Position numbers and translations under genes: made by a program
Part shown: positions 17,998 to 29,396 of the stretch, piece after piece
How the letters are laid out: each line of letters begins with the position of its first letter
How positions within the stretch are numbered: position 1 is the stretch's first letter
Notes under the pieces: model-generated
Told to the model about the DNA's origin: nothing
The model's database searches: none
Seen by the model: only the letters and a program-made list of their open reading frames with translations
Source of the DNA: an uncultured Gammaproteobacteria bacterium
Lineage (GTDB): Bacteria > Patescibacteriota > Microgenomatia > Daviesbacterales > UBA10151
NCBI GenBank assembly: GCA_964649615.1
Contig: CAZYPW010000006.1
Coordinates: 12,635-76,634 of the forward strand
DNA length: 64,000 nt
Reading direction: 5' to 3'

Positions 17998-20352
17998 ATG
18001 ACTTTTGAGGATTTAAGAAAAAAACATCCTGAGTTTATATATCATGGGTTTGAAAAAAAATTTGAAGATCAAACATTAAAAATCTATTTTGATTTTGAGA
18101 TATCTCCAAACATTAAATTCAGACCGGAAATTATTCTCCCAAACGTGTTCCCACATCGGATGTGGGAAGGCAAATTGGATAATTTGGTTTTTAATTTAGG
18201 AATGGTTGAGCTGATAAGTTACTGGAAAGCAACTTGTTCTCCAAAAATTACTATCAAAGCAGGTTTTTTAGATCAGGAACAAATTAAATTTTGGAAAAAA
18301 CTTTTAATAAAAGGCCTGGGAGAATTTTTTTATACAAACAGAATAGATTTTACCCAGGATGGGCTAGTTAATTTTGAAGTACGTTCCCACATGTCAAGTG
18401 GGAAGCCATTTGAGGGGATTTTGAAAGATAGAGATTTAATACTTGTTGGTGGAGGTAAGGATTCTGTTGTTACTTTGGATTCTATTTCCAAATCAGGTAA
18501 AGAATTTAACTGTCTGCTTTTAAATCCAACAGATGCAGCTATTAAAATTGCAGAAATCGGTGGGTGTAAAAATCCAATAATAGTGAAAAGAACAATAGAT
18601 CCTAAACTTTTGGAATTAAATGAGCAGGGTTATTTAAACGGCCATACTCCTTTTTCTGCATATCTTGCGTTTTTATCAATGCTATCTTCTGTAATTTATG
18701 ATTATAAAAATGTTGTTGTTTCTAATGAGTCCTCATCTAATGAAGGAAATGTGATTTGGATGGGTAAAGAAATAAATCATCAGTATTCTAAATCAGAGGA
18801 ATTTGAAAAAGACTTTAAAGAATATAGTCAAAAATATCTAGCTCCTGTTAATTACTATAGTTATTTAAGAGAATTAAATGAATTGGAAATTGCCAGAATT
18901 TTTTCCAACTTAGAAAAATACCACAAGGTTTTTAGAAGTTGTAACAAGGGTTCAAAACAAGGGAGTTGGTGTGGCAAGTGCTCAAAATGCCTATTCACTA
19001 ATTTAATTCTTTATCCGTTTTTAGGAAAAAAAATAGAAAGAATTTTTGGCAAAGATTTACTTGATGATGAAACTTTATCTCCAGTTATGGAAGAGCTTTT
19101 GCATTTGCCGGGTAAATTTAAGCCGTTTGAATGTGTTGGCACAAAAGAGGAAATTGAATATGCAATGTTGCTGGGCATTTTAAGAAGCAAGAGAAAATTA
19201 TTAGAAAGATATAAAGATCAGATATCAATCCTAATTTTGGGAATGGGCAGAGAAGGAATAGCAACAAGTAATTTTTTGCAAAAAAATAACATAAATTTCT
19301 CAACCTCTGATCAAAAAGAGGGGAAAAATTATCTTGATAAGTTAAAAGATTATGACGTGATTATTAAATCTCCCGGCATCCCCTATTTGATAGAAATTAA
19401 AAAAGCCAAAGAAAATGGAAAAATCATTTCATCTAGCACGCAAATTTTTTTTGATCTTTGCCTTGGGAAAATAATCGGCGTCACCGGTACCAAGGGCAAA
19501 AGCACCACCACATCCATGATTTATGAAGTCTTAAAATCAGGAGGCTTAGATGTTTACCTGGTGGGGAATATTGGTCAGCCAGCGCTGGATTTATTAGATA
19601 ATCTTAAGAAAGATTCTATAGTAGTTTATGAATTATCTTCATTCCAGCTAGCTGATCTTAAGAAAAGTCCTCAGATTGCAGTGATAACCAATATTTATCC
19701 GGATCATTTGGACTGGCATGGCAGTTTTGAAGATTATAAAAAAGCCAAAGAAAATATCAGTAGGTTTCAGACAAAAAATGATATTCTTATCTCCAATAAA
19801 AGAGGTGCTGAAGCTGCAAAAATTATTGGAAAATTATTTAAAATAAGTGAAGAAAAAATAAACAAAGCAATTAAGAATTTTAAGCCACTCCCACATCGGT
19901 TAGAATTTGTTGCAGAAAAAAATGGAATTAAATTTTATAATGATTCCCTGGCAACTAATCCCCATGCCACCATTTTTGGGTTAAAGACTTTAGGAGAAAA
20001 AGTAGAGACTTTAATAGCCGGAGGGCTTGACCGCGGGGTTGATTATTCCATTTTAGGACCGGTAATTGCCAATTCAAAAATAAAAAATCTAATTTTATTT
20101 CCTGATACAGGTAAAAAAATAGGAGAGGTCGTCAGTTATCAGCCCGCTTCGCTGCGAGGCGAGTCATCAGCTATCAGACAATTTCATGTTAATAATATGG
20201 AAGAGGCTGTTAAAATTGCTTATGAAAATACTTCCCCTGGAAAAATTTGCCTGATGTCCCCTGCCTCAGCCAGTTTTAATATGTTCAAAGACTATGAAGA
20301 TAGAGGAAATCAGTTTAGGAGTTGGGTTGCCAGATTAGGAAGAAGACACTAG
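17998..20352 (+). CDS. murD: Fusion protein: N-terminal PP-loop-like ATP-pyrophosphatase-type domain plus C-terminal MurD-type Mur ligase
   Basis: The C-terminal 400 aa have GVTGTKGKSTTTSMI (P-loop), NIGQPALDLL, DHLDWHGSFEDY. The N-terminal 400 aa have LVGGGKDSVVTLD (SGGxDS-like) and WCGKCSKC. Two in-frame palindromic elements at 18148-18168 and 18384-18404. Confidence 0.7.
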   Translation: MTFEDLRKKHPEFIYHGFEKKFEDQTLKIYFDFEISPNIKFRPEIILPNVFPHRMWEGKLDNLVFNLGMVELISYWKATCSPKITIKAGFLDQEQIKFWKKLLIKGLGEFFYTNRIDFTQDGLVNFEVRSHMSSGKPFEGILKDRDLILVGGGKDSVVTLDSISKSGKEFNCLLLNPTDAAIKIAEIGGCKNPIIVKRTIDPKLLELNEQGYLNGHTPFSAYLAFLSMLSSVIYDYKNVVVSNESSSNEGNVIWMGKEINHQYSKSEEFEKDFKEYSQKYLAPVNYYSYLRELNELEIARIFSNLEKYHKVFRSCNKGSKQGSWCGKCSKCLFTNLILYPFLGKKIERIFGKDLLDDETLSPVMEELLHLPGKFKPFECVGTKEEIEYAMLLGILRSKRKLLERYKDQISILILGMGREGIATSNFLQKNNINFSTSDQKEGKNYLDKLKDYDVIIKSPGIPYLIEIKKAKENGKIISSSTQIFFDLCLGKIIGVTGTKGKSTTTSMIYEVLKSGGLDVYLVGNIGQPALDLLDNLKKDSIVVYELSSFQLADLKKSPQIAVITNIYPDHLDWHGSFEDYKKAKENISRFQTKNDILISNKRGAEAAKIIGKLFKISEEKINKAIKNFKPLPHRLEFVAEKNGIKFYNDSLATNPHATIFGLKTLGEKVETLIAGGLDRGVDYSILGPVIANSKIKNLILFPDTGKKIGEVVSYQPASLRGESSAIRQFHVNNMEEAVKIAYENTSPGKICLMSPASASFNMFKDYEDRGNQFRSWVARLGRRH
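18148..18168. repeat. Family-1 palindrome TTCCCACATCGGATGTGGGAA
   Basis: In the PP-loop::MurD fusion. Read as FPHRMWE. Confidence 0.9.
18384..18404. repeat. Family-1 palindrome, variant B TTCCCACATGTCAAGTGGGAA
   Basis: Same gene. Read as SHMSSGK. Confidence 0.9.
20143..20166. repeat. Family-5-like CCCGCTTCGCTGCGAGGCGAG
   Basis: In-frame in the MurD part (PASLRGES). Shares CCGCTTCGC and GAGGCGAG with the 7553 copy. Confidence 0.6.
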
Positions 20353-21684
20353 CTTTCTGGGAAGCTTATCTATATCTCCTGCTCCCATAAAAAATACCAC
20401 ATCTCCATTTTTAACTTCTGCTTTTACCTCATTTAAGATTTGATTAATTGGTACCATTTTTACGCTATTGCGCACTTTTGGTACCACTTCACTATTTATA
20501 CTTTCCACAAGCTGTTGGCTGTTTACCAAACCTGTATCTACTTCTCTGCTGGGATAAATATCTGTAATTATGATTTTATCTACAGGAAGTTCCTTAAATA
20601 CTTTGACAAAGTCATCAAAAAGGGCTTTAGTTCTTGAAAACATGTGAGGTTCATAAATAAGAATTATTCTGTTATTAGGAAATTTTTGTCTGGCAGCTTC
20701 CATGGTAACTTTTATTTCTGTTGGGTGATGACCAAAATCAGAATATACTTTTGCATTATTATAATCCCCTAAATATTCAAACCTCCTGCCAACTCCAGAG
20801 TAGTTTTGCAGGCTTTGTCTAATAGTTTGTGGATCAATTTCTAGAAGTAGACCAACCTGCATAGCTGCTTGAGCATTTAACTTATTAAATTCTCCAGGGA
20901 TTTGCATTGGAAAATGCAGCTCATTCCTAGAATAATCTAAATATTGGACAAAATCATCATGATCGGAATGTTTTTGTCTAGGAGTTTTCATTACATGTTT
21001 AACTACTTCAGCTACATTTGAGTCAGATAAATTTGCCACAATGGTTTGTTTGCTTTGCAAAAGAAATTTTTCAAAGCTTTCTTTATAAGATTCAAAATCC
21101 TTAAAATATTCCGGATGGTCCATCTCTATATTTGTAACAACTGTAATATCCGGTTTAAGATGCAAAAAATTATCATTAAACTCATCTGCTTCAATGGCAA
21201 AGTACCCACGGCCGTTAGTAGTTTGTCGCTGGATTCTATAGTTTGTGCCCCACTTTGGGTGTATTGCTCCAAGTAAAACCGTTGGGTCTAAATTAGCATC
21301 TTCCAGCATTTGGGCAATCATGGCTGTAGTAGTTGTTTTGCCATGTGTTCCGCAAACAGCAATTACAAACTTATCATTAGTTAAATATTCACCTACAAAC
21401 TGTTGCCAAGTTATTACAGGAATTTTTTTTTCTTTGGCTGCTAGAAGTTCTGAATTATTTGGATCCAGTGAAAAAATTGCCGGTGTAACTGCCAATATAT
21501 CTACCTTCCCACTTCCGATGTGGGAAGCTGAATGGCCTTTTTCTAACTTTACACTTCCGATGTGTAACGTAAACTTGTTATTGGGTTCTAAATCACAACC
21601 AGTTATTTCATAACCTTGAGCTTGAGCGATAGCAGCAGCAGCAGACGCTCCAGACCCACCAATTCCTAAAAAATGAATTTTCAT
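20335..21684 (-). CDS. murC: UDP-N-acetylmuramate--L-alanine ligase
   Basis: Start MKIHFLGIGGSGASAAA at 21684 (the 78-aa upstream extension in the ORF track is rejected). Mur ligase GTHGKTTTTAM. In-frame element at 21506-21526 plus a degenerate copy at 21551-21569. Confidence 0.85.
   Translation of the reverse strand: MKIHFLGIGGSGASAAAAIAQAQGYEITGCDLEPNNKFTLHIGSVKLEKGHSASHIGSGKVDILAVTPAIFSLDPNNSELLAAKEKKIPVITWQQFVGEYLTNDKFVIAVCGTHGKTTTTAMIAQMLEDANLDPTVLLGAIHPKWGTNYRIQRQTTNGRGYFAIEADEFNDNFLHLKPDITVVTNIEMDHPEYFKDFESYKESFEKFLLQSKQTIVANLSDSNVAEVVKHVMKTPRQKHSDHDDFVQYLDYSRNELHFPMQIPGEFNKLNAQAAMQVGLLLEIDPQTIRQSLQNYSGVGRRFEYLGDYNNAKVYSDFGHHPTEIKVTMEAARQKFPNNRIILIYEPHMFSRTKALFDDFVKVFKELPVDKIIITDIYPSREVDTGLVNSQQLVESINSEVVPKVRNSVKMVPINQILNEVKAEVKNGDVVFFMGAGDIDKLPRKLVSSS
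21506..21526. repeat. Family-1 palindrome (with degenerate second copy at 21551-21569)
   Basis: In murC. Read as SHIGSGK, and the degenerate copy as LHIGSVK. Confidence 0.85.
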
Positions 21685-21748
21685 TGCTAAATTATATGAT
21701 TTTTGATCTTTTAATGCCAGAAAATTAGCAAAAAGGACAGGTGCCAAG

Positions 21749-21792
21749 TCTTCGACTCTGAGGTCTGAGACCTCATCACTCAGACTCGAAGA
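21749..21792 (-). terminator. Rho-independent terminator-like hairpin downstream of the regulator gene
   Basis: TCTTCGACTCTGAG...CTCAGACTCGAAGA inverted repeat with an inner GAGGTCTGAGACCTC palindrome, followed on the minus strand by CTTTTTGCTAATTTT. Confidence 0.5.
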
Positions 21793-21805
21793 GCTATTCC
21801 ACCTT

Positions 21806-22360
21806 TCAGGTGGTCTGAGTTGAATTGTCAGATATAGGGGGACTGAATGAGTAACCAATGTTCGTGTGTCCAATAATAATAGAATGTTGTTGTTTGTCTC
21901 TAGAGTTTCCATCTCCAAGCTTTCGTCTTAAGTGGGATACGCTACTTCTAAGATATGCTAAATCATCTGTAATGTCGCTATCAGGGTTTATACACCGTAA
22001 TAGAACTGAGTAAGGAATCCTCTTTGTTGGGTTTGCAATTAAAGGATGGAATAAAGCCCCTTCTACTTTGGATAGTATTACGGTTGATTGATCAGGTTTT
22101 GTAACCTCTTTTATTTCAGGATCATAACTCCAACCACCATATTTATAAATAGGGAGGGAAAGACCCAAAATCATCTCTCTATGTGCGCTTGTAGCGCCCC
22201 AAAATCTTAGAAAATGACCATCTTCTAGAATTTTACTTAAAAGTTCCTCAGGTGTTAATAAGCCGAATGTTTGGGCGACTGCTCTGTAGGCTTCGAGTAT
22301 CTGTCTTCTTGCGTGAGATAATGGATCTTCCTGTGGAGTTTTTTCTCCTTCAATGCGCAT
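21806..22360 (-). CDS. Winged-helix (OmpR/PhoB trans_reg_C-like) DNA-binding protein without receiver domain
   Basis: C-terminal LAYLRSSVSHLRRKLGDG...HSIIIGHTNIGYSF resembles the OmpR C-terminal wHTH. The N-terminus has no receiver-domain Asp pocket. Confidence 0.5.
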   Translation of the reverse strand: MRIEGEKTPQEDPLSHARRQILEAYRAVAQTFGLLTPEELLSKILEDGHFLRFWGATSAHREMILGLSLPIYKYGGWSYDPEIKEVTKPDQSTVILSKVEGALFHPLIANPTKRIPYSVLLRCINPDSDITDDLAYLRSSVSHLRRKLGDGNSRDKQQHSIIIGHTNIGYSFSPPISDNSTQTT

Positions 22361-22416
22361 ATTTGTAAATTATACCAAAGTAATTGTTAAAAGTAAACTA
22401 TAGGTTAGCAGTTGGA

Positions 22417-24381
<1,965 letters not shown>

Positions 24382-24430
24382 TTATTTTAGGGCCAAGCTA
24401 TGCTTAGCCATTTAAAGTATTATCTTACCA

Positions 24431-25105
24431 TTATTTTTGAGGCATGACCAGCATTAAATATTCTAAAATTGCCCTAATATTAACATTCTGATTTTGCCAC
24501 TGTTCAGCCTGCATAAGCTCTTTTAAAAGGTTTACGTTCCCACTTGACATGTGGGAAGCTAGATTTTTATGGAAATATGTAACCAGGGCAGGTAATAATT
24601 CTGCTCTATCTTTTAATTTTTCTATATATTCAAACCTTTGCTCAATACTGAAATCTAATAATTTTTCTATATCTTCTAAGTAGTTGGTAGTTGGCTTGCC
24701 TCGCTGAGTTGGCGAAGCGGGTAGTTGGTAGTTGGTAGTAGAAAGATGCTCAATATGGCAGCGTGACAGGACTGTTGGTAAAAATTTAGCATCAGAATCT
24801 GCGCCTAAAATAAATAAACCATTCTCAGGTAATTCCTCCAGAGTTTTAAGTAAAGCATTTTGGCCCTCAGGAGTTAAATCTGACCCATTTTCTAAAACCA
24901 CTACCCTGCCTTTGGCTGAGTATGGTTTTAAAGAAAAATGTTCTTTGATTTTTCTGGCTTGTTCTATGCCTAATTTGGAATCAACTGGATAGTATAAAAC
25001 ATCTGGATGGTTCGTGTTCCCACTTCCGATGTGGGAAGCTATAGTTTGTTGAATTTCCTGTTTCCTATCTTCTAAATTAGGTGAAATTAAAAGCCTTGCA
25101 ATCAT
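24431..25105 (-). CDS. holB: DNA polymerase III delta-prime-like subunit
   Basis: VVVLENGSDLTPEGQNALLKTLEE and the LSRC sensor motif. Three in-frame repeat insertions (24537-24557, 24681-24740, 25017-25037). Confidence 0.7.
   Translation of the reverse strand: MIARLLISPNLEDRKQEIQQTIASHIGSGNTNHPDVLYYPVDSKLGIEQARKIKEHFSLKPYSAKGRVVVLENGSDLTPEGQNALLKTLEELPENGLFILGADSDAKFLPTVLSRCHIEHLSTTNYQLPASPTQRGKPTTNYLEDIEKLLDFSIEQRFEYIEKLKDRAELLPALVTYFHKNLASHMSSGNVNLLKELMQAEQWQNQNVNIRAILEYLMLVMPQK
24537..24557. repeat. Family-1 palindrome variant B
   Basis: In holB. Read as SHMSSGN. Confidence 0.9.
24681..24740. repeat. GTAGTTG tandem heptamers flanking GC hairpin CTTGCCTCGCTGAGTTGGCGAAGCGG
   Basis: In-frame in holB (TTNYQLPASPTQRGKPTTNY). 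Confidence 0.7.
25017..25037. repeat. Family-1 palindrome
   Basis: In holB. Read as SHIGSGN. Confidence 0.9.
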
Positions 25106-25142
25106 GGGCCAATTCTAACATAATGGATTATATACAAATAAT

Positions 25143-26849
25143 ATGTTTCAAGCTCCTGCCCAAAATACAATTGAGGACATCCTTTTTAAAGAAGGCCTGC
25201 TGTCTAAAGAACAACTGGCAGCTATCAAATTAGAAAGTATTAACTTGGGTCAACCTATTGATAAGTTAATCCTGCAGCACAATTTAGCTCCCATAGACAG
25301 AATTATCCAGGCTAAAGCCCAGTTGTTGAATGTCCCTTTTATGAAGCTGGAAGGAAAAGCTATCTCTGCTGAGGTTTTAAACCTGATTCCTGAGGCTGCA
25401 GCCAGGCGTTATACCATCATCCCTTTTGAGAAACAGGGTGATGAGCTTTGGGTAGCCATGGCAGATCCCTTAGATATTCAAATAATCCAGTTTATAGAAA
25501 AAAGATCTGGCAAAAGAGTTAAACCCTATTTAGCTTTGCCTGAAGATATTTTAAAAGCCATCTCTGACCAATATGCCCAAAATTTAACCTCTGAAGTTAC
25601 TTCTGCTTTAAAGGAAGTTCAATCAGTAAAACCTGAGGAAGAAATCTCAACTGGCCCTCAAATAATCAGAGAAGCTCCAGTTACTAACATTGTTAACCAA
25701 CTTTTGGAATATGCTATTAAAACCCGCTCATCTGATATTCACATCGAGCCCCAGGAAGATAGGACCAGGGTTAGATATAGGATTGATGGGATTTTGCAGG
25801 AAAAAATCCTTCTTCCCAGGGGAGTTCATGATGCTTTAGTTTCTAGAATAAAAATCTTGTCTGTTTTAAAGATAGATGAAAGAAGATTGCCCCAGGATGG
25901 AAGGTTTACTTTTACCTTGGGTGAAAATGAGGTAGATCTGAGGATTTCCACAGTTCCTACTGTTTTTGGAGAAAAAGTAGTGATGAGGCTATTGCCTAAA
26001 TCCACCAATGCCCCTACTCTTTTAGAATTAGGCTTAAGAGGCAGTTCTTTAAAAGCTTTGGAGACTCAACTCTTGCGCCCTCATGGCATCATTTTAGTTT
26101 GTGGTCCTACAGGTTCTGGAAAAACTACTACTTTGTATTCAGTTTTAACTAAAATTTCCACCACCAAAGTTAATGTAGTGACTGTGGAGGACCCTGTTGA
26201 GTACCAGATTCCAGGTGTTAATCAGGTTCAAGTGAATCCTACAGTTGGCCTGACTTTTGCCTCAGCCCTGCGTTCATTTTTAAGGCAGGATCCAAATATT
26301 ATTATGGTAGGAGAAATCAGAGATACAGAAACAGCTGATTTGGCAATACAAGCTGCCTTAACTGGCCACCAGGTTTTTTCTACTGTTCATACTAATTCTG
26401 CCTCAGGTGCTCCTCCTAGGCTTTTGGATATGGGGGTGGAGCCATTTTTATTAACCTCCTCTTTAAATGCAGTGGTTGGGCAAAGAGTAGTCAGAAAAAT
26501 TTGCCCCCACTGTAAAATGGAATTTCCAGCCCCACCTGAGGTGGTGGAAAATATTAAATCAGTTTTGGGGAATTTTTTGCCAAAATCATTAGGCCTAAAT
26601 TTGAAGCTTTTTAAAGGGCAAGGTTGTGCCCAATGTGTTAAAACAGGTTATTTGGGCAGGGTGGGGATTTTTGAAGTGTTGGTGGTGACAGATTCTTTGG
26701 CCAAATTGATTTTAGAACATGCTTCCAGCACTGCCATTGAGCAGCTGTCAGTTTCCCAAGGCATGGTGACTATGAAACAGGATGGCTATTTGAAGGCATT
26801 GGAAGGTGTGACTACTATGGAGGAGGTGTTGCGCGTAGCGCAAGATTAA
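25143..26849 (+). CDS. pilB: Type IV pilus assembly ATPase PilB/GspE
   Basis: N-terminal T2SSE_N-like domain, Walker A VCGPTGSGKTTT, and a CxxC...CxxC tetracysteine. Confidence 0.9.
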   Translation: MFQAPAQNTIEDILFKEGLLSKEQLAAIKLESINLGQPIDKLILQHNLAPIDRIIQAKAQLLNVPFMKLEGKAISAEVLNLIPEAAARRYTIIPFEKQGDELWVAMADPLDIQIIQFIEKRSGKRVKPYLALPEDILKAISDQYAQNLTSEVTSALKEVQSVKPEEEISTGPQIIREAPVTNIVNQLLEYAIKTRSSDIHIEPQEDRTRVRYRIDGILQEKILLPRGVHDALVSRIKILSVLKIDERRLPQDGRFTFTLGENEVDLRISTVPTVFGEKVVMRLLPKSTNAPTLLELGLRGSSLKALETQLLRPHGIILVCGPTGSGKTTTLYSVLTKISTTKVNVVTVEDPVEYQIPGVNQVQVNPTVGLTFASALRSFLRQDPNIIMVGEIRDTETADLAIQAALTGHQVFSTVHTNSASGAPPRLLDMGVEPFLLTSSLNAVVGQRVVRKICPHCKMEFPAPPEVVENIKSVLGNFLPKSLGLNLKLFKGQGCAQCVKTGYLGRVGIFEVLVVTDSLAKLILEHASSTAIEQLSVSQGMVTMKQDGYLKALEGVTTMEEVLRVAQD

Positions 26850-26947
26850 ATATTAAAAATCAAAATGCAAAATGACAATGTAGAATTTAAAATTTTAAAT
26901 TTTAATCTGTCATTTTTATTTTTTAGTTCTAATCTTTACATTTAATA

Positions 26948-28000
26948 ATGAACATACAACAATTATTAGATCTGACAATTTCGCGGAATGCTTCTGATTT
27001 ACATTTATCTGTAGGTTTTCCTCCCCTGTTGCGCATTCATGGTGAGTTAATACCTGTGGCTGGAGAAAGTGAGGTTACTCTTGAGGGAATCAGCAGTTTA
27101 ATCTTCCCTATGCTCAACCAAGTCCAAAAAAATATTTTTGACCAATCATATGAGCTGGATTTTTCCTTTGAATTTGAGGGAAAAGGCAGATTTAGGGTAA
27201 ATATTTATAAGCAAAAAAATTACCCTGCAGCATCTTTGCGGTTAATTCCTCTTTCAATTCCTCCTTTAGAAGCATCAGGATTGCCTCAAAACTTATTTAA
27301 AATAGCTGAGTTAAAACAAGGATTAATTTTAGTAACAGGCCCCACAGGGCATGGAAAATCCACCACCCTGGCTTCATTTATCAATAAAATAAACCAGACC
27401 AGAGCAGTGCATATAATTACCATTGAGGATCCTATTGAGTATGTCTATCCTAAGGCCAAGTCTTTAATTGACCAAAGGGAGATGTATAGAGATACCAAAT
27501 CCTGGAATAATGCGCTAAGAGCTGCTCTAAGGGAGGATCCAGATGTAGTTTTAGTAGGTGAGATGAGAGATTTTGAAACTATTGCCTCAGCCATGACTAT
27601 TGCAGAAACTGGGCATTTGGTTTTTGCCACCCTCCATACTAATTCTACAGCCCAATCCATTGATAGGATTGTGGATGTTTTTCCTGATATTCAACAAGCC
27701 CAGATAAAATTGCAGCTGGCAGCCACCCTGGAGGCCATTATTTCCATAAGGCTGATCCCAACTATTGAGCCAGGCAGGACTTTAACCTCAGAAGTGCTCC
27801 TAGCCACTCCTGCTGTGAGAAATATTATTAGGGAAGGCAAATCTCATTTAATTGATAACATCATAGAAACTTCAGCAGAATACGGCATGCAGATTTTGGA
27901 AAAATCTTTAGCAGATTTGGTAAAAAATGGCAAAATCACCTCGGATGTAGCTTTAAGCTATGCTCTAAGGCCAGAATTTTTGAATAAACTTCTAAAATAA
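26948..28000 (+). CDS. pilT: Twitching motility ATPase PilT
   Basis: VTGPTGHGKSTTLAS Walker A and the AIRNLIREGK PilT motif. Confidence 0.9.
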   Translation: MNIQQLLDLTISRNASDLHLSVGFPPLLRIHGELIPVAGESEVTLEGISSLIFPMLNQVQKNIFDQSYELDFSFEFEGKGRFRVNIYKQKNYPAASLRLIPLSIPPLEASGLPQNLFKIAELKQGLILVTGPTGHGKSTTLASFINKINQTRAVHIITIEDPIEYVYPKAKSLIDQREMYRDTKSWNNALRAALREDPDVVLVGEMRDFETIASAMTIAETGHLVFATLHTNSTAQSIDRIVDVFPDIQQAQIKLQLAATLEAIISIRLIPTIEPGRTLTSEVLLATPAVRNIIREGKSHLIDNIIETSAEYGMQILEKSLADLVKNGKITSDVALSYALRPEFLNKLLK

Positions 28001-28022
28001 ATGGCAGAAAGGATATATAAAA

Positions 28023-29225
28023 ATGGCGGATTTTGTCTATAAAGCAAAAGATAGGCAAGGCACATATTCAGAAGGTGTTATCCAATCTCCAGATAGCCAT
28101 TCTGCTGCTTCAATTTTACGGAAAAAGGGATTAATTGTCATATCACTTATTAATAAGGGTGATTCTTCCTTTAAATTTTTAGAAATCTTATTAAATAGAG
28201 TTTCTGCCAACACCATAGTGATTATGACCAGGCAGCTGGCTACTATGGTTTCATCTGGTTTGGTTTTATCTGAAGCCATAGATATTTTGCAGGAACAGCA
28301 AACTAATAAAACGCTGCAAAAAGCCCTGGAGGAAATATCAGAGGATATTAAAGGCGGGTTAACACTAGCCCAGGCTTTATCTAAATATCCCCATATCTTC
28401 CCCAAATTATATGTTAATTTAGTTAAGTCAGGCGAGGCTTCTGGAAAGTTAGACCAGGTTTTGGTGCAGATGGCTGATTCTTTGGAAAAGGATAGGGAAT
28501 TTAGAGCCCGCGTCCGCGGGGCCATGATATATCCCATGGTGGTTATAGCCATGATGCTGGGAGTAATTGTGATTATGATGGTTTTTGTCATCCCCCGTTT
28601 GGTGGGTTTATATGAACAATCCACAATTGAGCTCCCTCTTCCTACCAAAATTCTGATTCTTACTTCTAATCTTTTTATCAACTTTTGGTGGTTGGGGATC
28701 ATAATTTTGATAGGTTCGGCTATTGCTTTAAACCGTTGGAACAAAACTCCTCAAGGGGCTTATTTTATAGGTAAATTCCTCTTAAAGACGCCCTTAGTTG
28801 GTGTTATTATTTCTAATGTGACTTTAACTAATTTCTGCAGAACTTTTGGGCTTTTAACTTCTGCTGGAATACCTCTGCTGGAATCTATTGCTATTGTGTC
28901 AGATTTAACAGATAATCCAGTTTATAGGAAGGCGCTAAAAGATGCATATTCCGGAGTGGAGCGGGGCCTGCCTTTTTCTTCACTTTTAACTCCTACTGTA
29001 TTTCCCAAAATTGTCCCCCAAATGATTAGAGTGGGTGAAGAAACAGGAAAAGTAGATGAGATTTTTTTCAAACTAGCAGAATACTTTGAATCAGAATCTG
29101 ACCATTTAGTCAAAAACCTAACAGTGGCCATAGAACCGATTATTTTAATTATTTTAGGTATTGGAGTAGCTTTTTTGGTGCTATCCATAATTCTGCCAAT
29201 CTATAAGCTCACTACGTCATTCTGA
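28023..29225 (+). CDS. pilC: Type IV pilus platform protein PilC/GspF
   Basis: Two T2SSF repeats and three TM segments. Confidence 0.85.
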   Translation: MADFVYKAKDRQGTYSEGVIQSPDSHSAASILRKKGLIVISLINKGDSSFKFLEILLNRVSANTIVIMTRQLATMVSSGLVLSEAIDILQEQQTNKTLQKALEEISEDIKGGLTLAQALSKYPHIFPKLYVNLVKSGEASGKLDQVLVQMADSLEKDREFRARVRGAMIYPMVVIAMMLGVIVIMMVFVIPRLVGLYEQSTIELPLPTKILILTSNLFINFWWLGIIILIGSAIALNRWNKTPQGAYFIGKFLLKTPLVGVIISNVTLTNFCRTFGLLTSAGIPLLESIAIVSDLTDNPVYRKALKDAYSGVERGLPFSSLLTPTVFPKIVPQMIRVGEETGKVDEIFFKLAEYFESESDHLVKNLTVAIEPIILIILGIGVAFLVLSIILPIYKLTTSF

Positions 29226-29252
29226 CTTCGTGAGCTTGCGAGTACTGCGTTT

Positions 29253-29277
29253 GCTCTTTTGATCGTTGTCAAAGAGC
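29253..29277 (+). terminator. Hairpin after pilC
   Basis: GCTCTTTTGATCGTTGTCAAAGAGC stem-loop 28 nt after the pilC stop. Confidence 0.35.
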
Positions 29278-29396
29278 AACTTCGTACTTTTAAATTAACT
29301 ACCTCTTTCTAAGAGGTACTTGACTTACTATCTGCCTTTATGAATAGAATAGATTAGATCGGAAAATAGATAAATCCTGAAGGGGGGTGAATAATT

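Noticed and set aside
20335-21918. ORF-track murC ORF extended 78 aa upstream (MEMETLE...)
   Set aside because: The extension runs through the intergenic terminator hairpin and overlaps the regulator gene. The conserved MurC N-terminus MKIHFLGIGGSG begins at the ATG at 21684.
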